Below are positions 18,901 through 30,843 of a stretch of 32,000 nucleotides of DNA, piece by piece; position 1 is the stretch's first letter, and the number at the start of each line of letters is the position of its first letter. This DNA is from Edwardsiella hoshinae NBRC 105699 = ATCC 33379. Its GTDB lineage: Bacteria > Pseudomonadota > Gammaproteobacteria > Enterobacterales > Enterobacteriaceae. The position numbers and the translations under genes are program-made. Where the stretch lies: contig NZ_BAUC01000010.1 in the NCBI RefSeq assembly GCF_000474215.1, positions 89,382 to 121,381 on the forward strand, in the 5' to 3' direction. Under the pieces are notes generated by a model that saw only the letters and a list, made by a program, of their open reading frames with translations, was not told the DNA's origin and did not search any database.

Positions 18901-20586
18901 ATGAGCATTATTCACGTAAATCAAATTGGCAGCAAAGTTCAGGCGTTATTCGCTGATAAAATTGATAGCAGTGATCTCAATCCTAACGATAAAGAAATAC
19001 AAACTAAAAGATTGACTCGTTGTCTTTCTGCTTACGCTGTGTTTTGTATTGGAGATACCTCGATAGATGAGGCCGCGTCAGCAGTTGTTGATGGCGCCGA
19101 TGATAATGGTATTGATGCAATTCATTATTCTCCTTCAAGTAAAAGAATGATTATTGTTCAATCCAAATGGAAAAAGGATGGAACAGGAGAGCCTGATAAT
19201 GGTGATTTAAGAAAGTTTAAAGATGGTGTATTGGACCTCATTAATCTTGAGCTTGATAAATTTAATAACAAAATCAATCTAAAAAAACAGATGATTGAAA
19301 CTGCTTTAGGTGAGTTTGATACAAAATTTGATCTTGTTTTAATTCACACGGGTTCAAATACTCTAAGCAAACATAACCAACAAGTAATGGATTCAATTCT
19401 TAATGAATTAAACGATGCCGGTGATGGAACCAGTGAGGATGTTGTTAGTTTCCATCATCTAAATCAAGCGATAATTCATAGTGGACTTGCTTCGGGTATG
19501 GATGGGGAACCAATCGATCTGGAAATCGGTCTTTCACAATGGGGAAAAATTGAAGAGCCACATCAAGGTTTTTTCGGGATTGTAGCTGGCGAAGAAGTTG
19601 CAAATTGGTGGATAAAAAAGGGGAAAAGACTATTTGCCAAAAATATTAGACAAATGTTAGGTGCCACTGAAGTAAATGATGAAGTTAAGAGAACAATTGA
19701 AGAACAACCTGAGAAATTTTGGTATTACAATAACGGTATAACTATTGTTGCTGAATCTATAAAAAAATCGATGGTTGGTGGAAATAGTAGAGAGATTGGT
19801 TCGTTTAAAGCGAGCAATATCAGCATTGTTAATGGAGCCCAGACTGTAAGCGTAATTGGTAAATATGCGCAAGAAGGAGGGGAAAATCTTGCTAAATTGC
19901 GTTTACCTATCCGATTAATTTCACTAGAAGGTGCGCCAGAAGGCTTTGGTGCAACTGTGACAAAAACTAATAACCGTCAAAATAAAATCGAAAGCAGAGA
20001 CTTTGTTTCCTTAGATGATGAGCAAATACGGTTGAAAAGAGAACTGTCACTGGAAGGAATTGAGTATAATATAGTAAGAAGTGAGAACGTTAAAACATCT
20101 ACTAGCATAATCGATTTATCTGAGGCGACCATTGCATTGGCTTGTGCGTCTACGCAGGTTGGCCTAGCAGTTCAGGCGAAAAGAGAAATCGGTCGTTTCT
20201 ATGACAATCTTAATAAAGCACCATATAAAACAATTTTCAACCCGCAAACCAATGGCATTTATTTGCGAAATACTGTTTTCGCGTTACGCAGAATAGATGA
20301 AATAATCAGCTCAATGATTTCGAATATACCTAAAAAATCTGGCAAAGAATATGGTGTTCTTGTTCATGGGAATAGGATGTTGGCATTTTTGGTTTTTAGG
20401 AAGTTGGTAATACATAAAATCGCAAATAACTTTGATTTTGATATTTCTTCTATTGATTGGTATGAAACCACATCAGATATGCTTGGGAAATTAATATTTG
20501 AAATTGAAGAAAATTATAAGGATAAATTTCTTGCTAGTTTATTTAAGAATGCAAGTATTTGTAAGGCCATATCCGAGAAAATTTAA
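18901..20586 (+). CDS. AIPR-family (abortive infection phage resistance) protein with a putative N-terminal PD-(D/E)xK-type nuclease motif; candidate anti-phage cargo gene
   Basis: 561 aa; AIPR hallmarks LFAKNIRQMLGATEVN, FWYYNNGITIVAESI, SIVNGAQTVSVIG, NNRQNKIESRDFVSLD. N-terminal NGID(72)AIHYSPSSKRMIIVQ(87)SK(89)W fits D-x(n)-(E/Q)xK. Clearly lower GC than its surroundings. Confidence 0.87.
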   Translation: MSIIHVNQIGSKVQALFADKIDSSDLNPNDKEIQTKRLTRCLSAYAVFCIGDTSIDEAASAVVDGADDNGIDAIHYSPSSKRMIIVQSKWKKDGTGEPDNGDLRKFKDGVLDLINLELDKFNNKINLKKQMIETALGEFDTKFDLVLIHTGSNTLSKHNQQVMDSILNELNDAGDGTSEDVVSFHHLNQAIIHSGLASGMDGEPIDLEIGLSQWGKIEEPHQGFFGIVAGEEVANWWIKKGKRLFAKNIRQMLGATEVNDEVKRTIEEQPEKFWYYNNGITIVAESIKKSMVGGNSREIGSFKASNISIVNGAQTVSVIGKYAQEGGENLAKLRLPIRLISLEGAPEGFGATVTKTNNRQNKIESRDFVSLDDEQIRLKRELSLEGIEYNIVRSENVKTSTSIIDLSEATIALACASTQVGLAVQAKREIGRFYDNLNKAPYKTIFNPQTNGIYLRNTVFALRRIDEIISSMISNIPKKSGKEYGVLVHGNRMLAFLVFRKLVIHKIANNFDFDISSIDWYETTSDMLGKLIFEIEENYKDKFLASLFKNASICKAISEKI

Positions 20587-20608
20587 TCTAACCTCTCCGC
20601 TATATTAA

Positions 20609-20630
20609 GAATGCCGCTTATGCGGCATTT
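20609..20630. terminator. Hairpin between the convergent cargo gene and integrase
   Basis: GAATGCCGC-TTAT-GCGGCATTT. Confidence 0.6.
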
Positions 20631-20638
20631 GTCTATTA

Positions 20639-21811
20639 TCAGAAAACTGAATAGATATAATTACTGTACCATTGCATCATAGAGCGCCTTTTCTCTAAAT
20701 ACTGAGCATGGTTATATGTTCCACGAATACTATTTTTATCAACATGTGCCAATTGTATTTCAATCCATGAGCTATCAAACCCTTGTTCGTGCAATATTGT
20801 TGACATGGTATGTCGAAAACCGTGACCTGTAGCACGGCCTTTGTAGCCAATCAACTCAATTACCTGTGAAACACTTTCTTTTGAGATCGGCTTGCTACGG
20901 TTGCTCCTTCCAATAAAAATGTATGGGTAATGTCCTGTAATAGGATTGAGTTGCTCAAATAAGGTAATTACTTGTGTAGATAAGGGAACAATGTGTGGTC
21001 TACGCATTTTCATTCGTTCTGCCGGTATTTCCCATATACCCCTTTCAAGGTCTACTTCATCCCACGTAGCAAAGCGCATTTCCTGCGTTCTTACACCCGT
21101 TAACATGACTATCTTAGTCGCATTTTTAGTGATGATACTGCCGGTATAGGCTTCAAGATCTCTGATAAAATGAGGCAATTCTTCGGCGGATAAGAAAGGA
21201 TGATGTTTTTGCTTCGGTATGGCCAATGCGATAGCTAGATCAGGTGCAGGGTTATACTCAGCACGGCCAGTAATAATCGCGTATCTAAATACCTCTCCGC
21301 ACCGCTGGCGTACTTTACGTGTTTTCTCCAGTGCTCCACGTTTCTCAATTCGTCGCAACACTTCAAGTAATTCTAACGGTTTGATCTCACCGACAGGACG
21401 TTTGCCGATGAACGGGAAAACATCTTGCTCAAAGGTCTTAATGATTTCGTCGCGATATGCCACTGTCCAGCGGTCAGCTTTGTTTGCATGCCATTCGCGG
21501 CTTATGGCTTCGAATGAGTTTTCTGTTGAAAGCTGCTGTGCCAGTTTTTGCGCCTTCCGTTCCTCAACCGGGTCGATTCCATTAGCAACTTGCTTACGGG
21601 CGACCTCGCGCTTTTCACGGGCTTCTGCAAGGCTCACCAAATCGTGGCTACCAAATGACATTAACCGCGCTTTCCCGGCAAAGCGGAAACGGAAACGCCA
21701 GCCCTTCGAGCCATCGGGATTGATAAGCAATGACAGACCTTGCCCATCGTTCAATGTGTATGGCTTGTCTTGGGGCTTTGCTCGTTTGATTTGTATATCT
21801 GTAAGTGCCAT
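20639..21811 (-). CDS. int: P4-type tyrosine recombinase/integrase
   Basis: 390 aa; MALTDIQIKRAKPQDKPYTLNDGQGLSLLINPDGSKGWRFRFR plus catalytic elements TGVRTQEMR, HGFRHTMSTILHEQG and GTYNHAQY; adjacent to the selC att site. Confidence 0.96.
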   Translation of the reverse strand: MALTDIQIKRAKPQDKPYTLNDGQGLSLLINPDGSKGWRFRFRFAGKARLMSFGSHDLVSLAEAREKREVARKQVANGIDPVEERKAQKLAQQLSTENSFEAISREWHANKADRWTVAYRDEIIKTFEQDVFPFIGKRPVGEIKPLELLEVLRRIEKRGALEKTRKVRQRCGEVFRYAIITGRAEYNPAPDLAIALAIPKQKHHPFLSAEELPHFIRDLEAYTGSIITKNATKIVMLTGVRTQEMRFATWDEVDLERGIWEIPAERMKMRRPHIVPLSTQVITLFEQLNPITGHYPYIFIGRSNRSKPISKESVSQVIELIGYKGRATGHGFRHTMSTILHEQGFDSSWIEIQLAHVDKNSIRGTYNHAQYLEKRRSMMQWYSNYIYSVF

Positions 21812-21971
21812 GTGTATAAGCCCAAAATGGGTATAAAAAATCTATACACATCACTATACATATTTTTCATGGATTCAGGGAGAACTTGTCGGACGGTCAC
21901 GGATGAATGATTTACTATCTTATTTGAAAATAAAGGTTTTTTAGATGTTCTCGGATGAGTGCGGAGGAGGT

Positions 21972-21992
21972 TTGGCGGAAGATCACAGGAGT
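21972..21992. repeat. selC-proximal att site of the satellite
   Basis: TTGGCGGAAGATCACAGGAGT, identical to 12132-12152; coincides with the 3' end of tRNA-Sec. Confidence 0.93.
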
Positions 21993-22067
21993 CGAACCTG
22001 CCCGGGACCGCTGGCGGCCCCAACTGGATTTGAAGTCCAGCCGCCTCACCGGAGACGACGATCTTCC
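21973..22067 (-). tRNA. selC: tRNA-Sec (UCA anticodon)
   Basis: Minus strand GGAAGATCGTCGTCTCCGGTGAGGCGGCTGGACTTCAAATCCAGTTGGGGCCGCCAGCGGTCCCGGGCAGGTTCGACTCCTGTGATCTTCCGCCA; 95 nt, long variable arm, encoded CCA. Confidence 0.98.
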
Positions 22068-22117
22068 ATGCGGGCGGGAGTATACCCTAAAACCAAGAGC
22101 AACGCACAAGAGGATAT

Positions 22118-22141
22118 CCCTACCCGGCGCGCCGGGTAGGG
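22118..22141. terminator. 24-bp perfect palindrome downstream of metL
   Basis: CCCTACCCGGCGCGCCGGGTAGGG; no T-run, so the terminator role is uncertain. Confidence 0.4.
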
Positions 22142-22148
22142 TGAGACG

Positions 22149-24587
22149 TTATAACAGACGCGACAGATGGTTAAGATCTGATTGAATGGCACCCGCGGTA
22201 ACGTCCCGTCCGGCCCCAGGGCCCCGGATCACCAATGGATTATCACGATACCAGCGACTTTCGATGGCGAAGACGTTATCGCAAGGCAGCAACGCCGCCA
22301 GCGGATGGTCGGGCCGTACCGCTTCGACGCCAACGCGCGCCTTGCCATTGGCATCGAAACGAGCCACATAGCGCAGCACCAGCCCCATCTCATTGGCCGC
22401 CTCCAGGCGCTGGAGCATTTGCTCATCCAAAGCCTCGCTGTTTTCGAAGAAATGATCGATAGATCCCTGCTCTCCCCCGGTAGGGACCAACGACTCGACG
22501 CGTACCTGTGAGGGCTCGATGTCATAACCCGCCTCACGCGCCAAGATCACTAACTTACGCATCACATCCTGGCCAGAGAGATCGACCCGCGGATCTGGCT
22601 CGGTCAATCCCTGCTGCCAAGCCTGATCCACTAGGGCGCTGAAAGGGACCGTACCGTCAAATTGTAGGAACAGCCAAGAGAGCGTACCGGAAAAAATCCC
22701 GCTAATAGACAGGATGGTATCGCCGCTGTCCCGAAGGTCGCGCACAGTGTAATTGACTGGCAAGCCAGCACCGACGGTGGCGTTATACAACCAGTGACGC
22801 CCCGTCTTCTCGAACGCATCGCGGATCTGGCGGTATTCCTGACTCGCGGCGGCACCGGCCAACTTATTGGCACTAACCACATGAAAGCCATAGCTGGCGA
22901 AGTCACGGTACTGCTGCGCCAGCGACACACTGGCGGTCACGTCCAGCACGACCAAGTCGTCATAGGGATGGGCGCGCATCCACAAAAATAGTGCCTCCTC
23001 ATCCATCGTTTGGGCCTCTTCGTCGAAGAAAGCCAATGCCCGACTGGCATCTAACCCTTCGTAATTCAATAGGCTACGATTACTGTCGACCACCCCGGCC
23101 AAGATAAACTCGAAACCACTACGCGCAGAGAGGTTGCCCTGCTCGCGGGCGAACAGTTCCAGCCAGCGCGAACCGATATTCCCCTTACCGAACAGCACCA
23201 GACCGACGCGTTTTTCCGCCCGGAACAGCGAACTATGCAGACCTTGTACCAAAGCTTCGGTCGGTCCGCAGCGCAACACCGCCACCAGGCTGATACTCTC
23301 CTCCGACTGCCAGATAAACTCGACCGGTTGCTCTTTCAGCTGTTGATAAAAACGGTGCGCATGCAGCGGATTGCGGCTTACGCCGGCACCGACCATTGCC
23401 ACCAGTGCCAGACCATCGCGTAATTGCAGCAACCCAGGGATCGCCGACTCCTCCAACAACTTGAAGACGCTACCCACTACCTCGGCGGTATAGCACAACT
23501 GGATCAACCGGCGGTCGCGGTGAATACCGCGCGCCAATGGGCGCAGCTGCATACGCGTCAGGATGCGCTCCACTTCCTGCTGTACATGGTTAAACTCGTG
23601 GTCCGCCGGAACATGTAATTCAATCAGGCACACGTCGTCATGACTGGTGACAATCTTGGCGCCATTACCGCTGGCCAGTACCCGTTCAATGCGGGTCGAG
23701 CCTTGTTGTGGCTGATAGCTGCAACGCAGCTGTAAGTCGATATCGCTCGCAGAAACCGGCTGAAGCGTACGGGCATGCAATACCGGTGCCGCTAAGCGGG
23801 CCAGCTCGCTGGCCTCATCCAGGCGTAACAACGGCAGCAGACAGGCATCCTTTACCTTGCGCGGATCGGCACTGTAGACCCCAGCAACGTCGCTCCAGAT
23901 GGTCACCTTACGCACACCAGCCAAGGCACCGATCTGGGTGGCAGAGTAGTCGGAACCATTGCGCCCCAGTAGCACGCTCTCACCCGCAGCGTTGCGACTG
24001 ATAAAACCAGTCACCACTAGGCGCTTTGCAGGATGCTCGGCCAACAGTTTCTGCAATAAGGGGTGCGAACGCGCTTCATCGACCTGTGGCTGTGCGGCGC
24101 GCTCGGCGCAGAGAAAATCCCGTGCATCCAACCAGGCGGCTTCCATTCCCTGTTTCTGCAATACCGCCGCCATCAAACGGGCAGACCAAATCTCGCCGTG
24201 TCCTACCACCTCGGCATACACCGCGTCATCGACCGTACCGTCGAGTAGAACGGCCAGGCGCTCAAGATCTCGGATGAAACGCGCTACGAGTGGCTCTGCC
24301 ATTTCTGCTGGCAATAGCCCCGTGATTAGCTCACTCTGATAACGGCGCAGGGCCTGCTGTACCTGGTGGGCAGAGATCCGATCGCTCTGGCTGAGCTTCA
24401 ACCAGCTAATCAGTTGGTTAGTGGTACTGCCCGCCGCTGAAACGACCATCATGTCACCGGGTTGGCTATACTCCGCCATGATCCCTGCCACACGCAAATA
24501 ACACTTCACATCTGCCAGACTGCTGCCACCAAACTTATGCAGCTGGCGCTCTGCCGCTTGCTGCCCCGTTACCGCTTGTGCACTCAT
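22149..24587 (-). CDS. metL: Bifunctional aspartokinase II/homoserine dehydrogenase II
   Basis: 812 aa; [15 protein letters not shown] kinase start, [41 protein letters not shown] dehydrogenase; next to metB. Confidence 0.97.
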   Translation of the reverse strand: MSAQAVTGQQAAERQLHKFGGSSLADVKCYLRVAGIMAEYSQPGDMMVVSAAGSTTNQLISWLKLSQSDRISAHQVQQALRRYQSELITGLLPAEMAEPLVARFIRDLERLAVLLDGTVDDAVYAEVVGHGEIWSARLMAAVLQKQGMEAAWLDARDFLCAERAAQPQVDEARSHPLLQKLLAEHPAKRLVVTGFISRNAAGESVLLGRNGSDYSATQIGALAGVRKVTIWSDVAGVYSADPRKVKDACLLPLLRLDEASELARLAAPVLHARTLQPVSASDIDLQLRCSYQPQQGSTRIERVLASGNGAKIVTSHDDVCLIELHVPADHEFNHVQQEVERILTRMQLRPLARGIHRDRRLIQLCYTAEVVGSVFKLLEESAIPGLLQLRDGLALVAMVGAGVSRNPLHAHRFYQQLKEQPVEFIWQSEESISLVAVLRCGPTEALVQGLHSSLFRAEKRVGLVLFGKGNIGSRWLELFAREQGNLSARSGFEFILAGVVDSNRSLLNYEGLDASRALAFFDEEAQTMDEEALFLWMRAHPYDDLVVLDVTASVSLAQQYRDFASYGFHVVSANKLAGAAASQEYRQIRDAFEKTGRHWLYNATVGAGLPVNYTVRDLRDSGDTILSISGIFSGTLSWLFLQFDGTVPFSALVDQAWQQGLTEPDPRVDLSGQDVMRKLVILAREAGYDIEPSQVRVESLVPTGGEQGSIDHFFENSEALDEQMLQRLEAANEMGLVLRYVARFDANGKARVGVEAVRPDHPLAALLPCDNVFAIESRWYRDNPLVIRGPGAGRDVTAGAIQSDLNHLSRLL

Positions 24588-24590
24588 CGC

Positions 24591-25751
24591 TTACCTCGTT
24601 GCTGCTGCCTGAAATGCCTGTTCCAGATCAGCGATTAAATCATCACCGTCCTCAATTCCCACGGATATCCGCAGCAGGCTGTCACTAATACCTGCCGCCC
24701 TGCGCGCTTCCGACGTTATGCCGGCGTGAGTCATGGTGGCGGCATGGGAGATCAGGCTCTCCACCCCCCCCAGGGACTCTGCCAGTGTAAACAGTTGCAG
24801 CGCTTTTAGGAAACGCCGTAAATAAGCCTCGCCACCCGCCAATTCAAAACTGAGCATGGCACCGAAACCACGCTGCTGGCGGCTAGCGATGGCGTGGCCA
24901 GGATGGTGTGCTAGCGAGGGATGATACAGACGCACGACCTGTGGTTGCTGTTGCAACCAGTCGACAATGCGTAAGGCATTGACCTGCTGTAAGGCGATAC
25001 GTGGTGCCAAGGTACGCAAACCACGCAATAACAGGTAGCTGTCGAAAGCCGCGCCAGTTACCCCAATGTTGTTACCCCACCAAGCCAACTCCTGGGCCAA
25101 CTCAGCCGTGCGCGCAATCACCGCCCCGGCCACCACGTCGGAATGACCATTCAGGTACTTCGTGCAGGAATGTAAGACCAGATCCGCCCCCAGGGAAAAA
25201 GGCTGTTGTAATATTGGAGTGAGAAAGGTGTTATCCACTGCTGCCAATGCGCCTGCCTGATGGGCGGCCGAACAAAGTGCGGCGATATCGACCACCCGCA
25301 GCAGCGGGTTGCTCGGCGTCTCGATCAGCAGCAGTTTCGGCCGTTGCGCCAGCGCCTGAGCCAGCGCCTGGGCATCGCTCTGATCGATGAAGATGACGCG
25401 AAAGGCGCCGCGCCGCGCTAAGCTATCGAATAACCGATAGCTGCCACCGTAACAATCATGCGGGGCCACCAACAGATCGCCGGGGGAGAGCAATGCCGTA
25501 CACATCAGATGGATCGCGCCCATACCGCTGGCGGTGATCACCGCGCCGGCCCCGCCCTCCAGCTCGGCCAGCGCGCGCTCGGCAACATCGCGCGTCGGGT
25601 TACCGCGCCGGGCATAGTCATGAGCGCGTGGCTGGTTGAAGTCGGTGAAGTTGTAAGTCGTCGAAAGATGGATCGGGGGAACCACGCTGCCATACTGCTC
25701 ATCGTCGTTCAATCCACAGCGCACTGCCTGAGTTGCCAGTTGATAGCCCAC
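24591..25751 (-). CDS. metB: Cystathionine gamma-synthase (GTG start preferred)
   Basis: ATQAVRCGLNDDEQYGSVVPPIHLSTTYNFTDFNQPRAHDYARRGNPTRDVAERALAELEGG. The GTG at 25751 follows GGGAGGG; the ORF-track start at 25808 adds an unlikely extension overlapping the regulatory region. Confidence 0.95.
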   Translation of the reverse strand: MGYQLATQAVRCGLNDDEQYGSVVPPIHLSTTYNFTDFNQPRAHDYARRGNPTRDVAERALAELEGGAGAVITASGMGAIHLMCTALLSPGDLLVAPHDCYGGSYRLFDSLARRGAFRVIFIDQSDAQALAQALAQRPKLLLIETPSNPLLRVVDIAALCSAAHQAGALAAVDNTFLTPILQQPFSLGADLVLHSCTKYLNGHSDVVAGAVIARTAELAQELAWWGNNIGVTGAAFDSYLLLRGLRTLAPRIALQQVNALRIVDWLQQQPQVVRLYHPSLAHHPGHAIASRQQRGFGAMLSFELAGGEAYLRRFLKALQLFTLAESLGGVESLISHAATMTHAGITSEARRAAGISDSLLRISVGIEDGDDLIADLEQAFQAAATR

Positions 25752-25812
25752 CTGGTTACACCCTCCCTGAGATAGTCGCAAGCAATGGATAGAGCGTAAC
25801 CGCTGCAAAATT

Positions 25813-25844
25813 GGACGTCAATACGTCCAGACATCTAAAAGTCT
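25813..25844. promoter_or_regulatory. Four tandem met boxes (MetJ operator)
   Basis: Contiguous 8-mers GGACGTCA-ATACGTCC-AGACATCT-AAAAGTCT against consensus AGACGTCT, in the divergent metB/metJ intergenic region. Confidence 0.85.
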
Positions 25845-26047
25845 TTGCGTATGGATTGTGGTAGCGGAGATTAGTCGCTAAAATTGACTCAATCTCATCA
25901 TGGGTATCCATCGTCAGCACCGACGCATGAAACGCGATCTGCCGCTCGGATCCCCTCGAGTATCCCGCTTTGTGTTAGGGATACGGGATACAATCGGGCA
26001 TAATAGCGCGTTGGTTTCGGAATAATTTTTTGTGAAGGTATCTCCTC

Positions 26048-26368
26048 ATGGCAGCAGAATGGAACGGCGAATACATTAGCCCATACGCTGAACACGGCAA
26101 AAAAAGTGAACAGGTTAAAAAGATTACGGTATCCATTCCACTCAAGGTATTAAAAATCCTCACGGATGAACGTACCCGCCGTCAGGTGAATAACTTGCGC
26201 CATGCCACCAATAGCGAATTGCTGTGTGAAGCCTTCCTACATGCATTTACCGGCCAACCTCTGCCAGATGATGACGATCTGCGCAAGGACCGCAGCAACG
26301 AGATCCCCGAGGCCGCTAAAGAGTTAATGCGCCAGCTGGGGATCGACCCGGAAAGCTGGGAGTACTAA
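26048..26368 (+). CDS. metJ: Methionine repressor MetJ
   Basis: [69 protein letters not shown]. Confidence 0.98.
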   Translation: MAAEWNGEYISPYAEHGKKSEQVKKITVSIPLKVLKILTDERTRRQVNNLRHATNSELLCEAFLHAFTGQPLPDDDDLRKDRSNEIPEAAKELMRQLGIDPESWEY

Positions 26369-27107
26369 CTCACTGGGCCGGCGGATACGGCGCCCCCTTG
26401 ACGCGCTTACCTACGACACCCGGCCCTGCCGCATTTTCACCCACTCACCGTATCGCCTCTCCGCTCGCGGAATGAACGCGTCATATGCTTATCTCGCTCA
26501 CACCTTTTTCCTGCTTGCCCCTCTCCCAGAAGACGCATCATCGCAGGACAAATCAATAATAGGTGATTTAGGTATTTATATTTTCAGCATTTTTTATTTT
26601 TAACGCATCATTTTTTAGAGTGTTTAGTATTTTAGATCAAATGCATTATTTTTAATAACATCATTCAAAATTTTTATTTTCATATTTTTAGATTAAAACT
26701 AAATAATTATGCAATGATAAATAAGCTAATTTTATCGAATTCGGTCAATTTCCATTATTTTTATATTATTGTTTTATAAGAATCGCAGCCTTTACAGCTA
26801 AAAATAACTTTCTTTATAGCTGATAAACCCAATTAATAGTGAAGTAATGGTGTTTGATTTTATAATTTCAACTTTGTACAGGAAAAGAGATCACATATAA
26901 TGCATCAAGCAATATAAAACACTATATTTTACGGGGAATAACAACCACGCCCATAAGAGGCAGTCGCGAATGTAGATTATTGCTAGCGATAACCGATAGC
27001 TCATTACAGCGTATATGACATGCCTGATCTCGGCGAGTTTGGCCAGACCCCATGGGGGGAAAGTAATCATGAGAGTGCCTCTTTCACATCAACGACGATA
27101 TCGATGT

Positions 27108-27127
27108 ACACCATATCGATATGGTGT
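27108..27127. promoter_or_regulatory. 20-bp perfect palindrome upstream of the PapB-like gene
   Basis: ACACCATATCGATATGGTGT; further ATATCGAT/ATCGAT motifs lie on both sides. Confidence 0.4.
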
Positions 27128-27365
27128 CACCGCTTCCATACTGATTCATCAGAATGATATGTAAGAATAAGACACATTATTATCATCTATCGATAATCGA
27201 TGACATATCGATATTTTATTTAGTTAGTTAAAGAGTATTTTTTTATTGTCTCCCAACCTGATTGATCCGCCTTACTAGGGCGAGGCTACCACCCTTACCT
27301 GAAATTCATCAGACTAGGTAATAGAGGGGGGATGACGTTACTACTTAATTTACCGGTGGAATATT

Positions 27366-27629
27366 ATGAAAAAAATAGAATTCATTCATCCTGGTTATGC
27401 TTTGCAGCCTGGGGAAGTAACCGAAGAGCAATTTCGCCTGCTGGTCGATATCTCGTCCGTGCGTAGCGCAAAGGTCATCATGGCATTACGCGATTATTTT
27501 GTTCTGGGACACAGCAGGAAATTGGTCTGCGAACGCAATCAAGTCAATCCTGGTTATCTTTCCATTAAAATAAGGGAAATACAGGCGCTATGTAAGCGTA
27601 TCTTAGAACTTTACCCCCATCTCAACTAA
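27366..27629 (+). CDS. PapB/FocB-family (adhesin biosynthesis) transcriptional regulator
   Basis: 87 aa; EEQFRLLVDISSVRSAKVIMALRDYFVLGHSRKLVCERNQVNPGYLSIKIREIQALCKRI is the PapB-family pattern. Confidence 0.85.
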   Translation: MKKIEFIHPGYALQPGEVTEEQFRLLVDISSVRSAKVIMALRDYFVLGHSRKLVCERNQVNPGYLSIKIREIQALCKRILELYPHLN

Positions 27630-27913
27630 GCGCGGTAAAGAACCCATCCCAGTAGGCACCATTATTGTATCCAGGCGAATGCTAGCGTGTCCGGGCAGAG
27701 AATGGAGCAGACACCACACGGAGCGATACGGTGGGAAGGCAGCACGTAAAATAGCCTAATGGGATAGGTTCTCCCCTCCGGCGAGATTTTGCTCTCGTAC
27801 GGCGGTAGCTCTGAGCGTCGTGGCTCCCCCTGCGCATGCAGGCCGCCACAGCACAGAAGAACGTGTGGGATCGCCTACCTCGCCAAGGGGTGCCGCGCTG
27901 AATGCGGCCCAAT

Positions 27914-27941
27914 AAAAAAGGCACCCTATGGGTGCCTTTTT
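27914..27941. terminator. Rho-independent terminator of rpmE
   Basis: AAAAAAGGCACCC-TAT-GGGTGCCTTTTT. Confidence 0.9.
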
Positions 27942-27954
27942 CGCCGGATCCAAA

Positions 27955-28167
27955 TTACTTGGAGCCAACCATGTTGAAACGCTTGTTGAAGCGGTCAACG
28001 CGGCCGCCGGTAGCGACGTCACGCTGCTTACCGGTGTAGAACGGGTGGCACTTGTCGCACACGTCCAGGTTCAGATCGTGACCAACGGTAGAGCGGGTCT
28101 TGATCACGTTGCCGCAAGAGCAGGTTGCCGTGATAGCAACATAGTTCGGGTGGATACCTTCTTTCAT
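27955..28167 (-). CDS. rpmE: 50S ribosomal protein L31 (zinc-binding form)
   Basis: [64 protein letters not shown]. Confidence 0.98.
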   Translation of the reverse strand: MKEGIHPNYVAITATCSCGNVIKTRSTVGHDLNLDVCDKCHPFYTGKQRDVATGGRVDRFNKRFNMVGSK

Positions 28168-28248
28168 GGGAAAACCTCTGTTAAGGCCGCGTCGCTATCC
28201 GGCCCTCTTCCGCCAGACACCACGCGTGGTTGATAAAATCGGGTTTGA

Positions 28249-30564
<2,316 letters not shown>

Positions 30565-30843
30565 CACGTCCCTCTGACGCGAATGAAGTGCGATCAGGAT
30601 CGAAAAAATCTATTTACATCACACTTTTCCTGCAAATTAAGTAACAGTCCTCCCCACTGTTCCGTTTAATATGTGATCGTATACCCATCGGCTGCCCGCT
30701 CAGGGCAGCCATTCCCGGTAATGGAGCAACACGCCGCCGGGTATGGCAGTGTTATCGCTGGCGCAATCGTTACCTTCGCCGCGGGATAATGATCGGGAAG
30801 TCATGTCATCGCGCCAGCATGGACTGACGCAAGGAGAAACGCG

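Larger units (their letters stand above)
12132..21992. mobile_element. P4-type phage satellite integrated at the 3' end of selC (attL 12132-12152, attR 21972-21992)
   Basis: Exact 21-bp direct repeat TTGGCGGAAGATCACAGGAGT at both ends, spacing 9840 bp, the right copy being the tRNA-Sec 3' end. It encloses a tyrosine integrase, alpha-type primase/helicase, AlpA-like regulator, Sid-, Ogr- and Psu-like proteins, iterons and a cos-like sequence in P4 order. Confidence 0.96.

Noticed and set aside
25752-25808. N-terminal extension of metB in the ORF track
   Set aside because: The GTG at 25751 has a strong upstream GGGAGGG and matches the expected MetB length; the extension overlaps the control region.
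27640-27910. GC-rich noncoding segment between the PapB-like gene and rpmE
   Set aside because: Checked for a coding frame or obvious structured RNA; the two short minus-strand ORFs are low-complexity and unsupported, so no feature is claimed.
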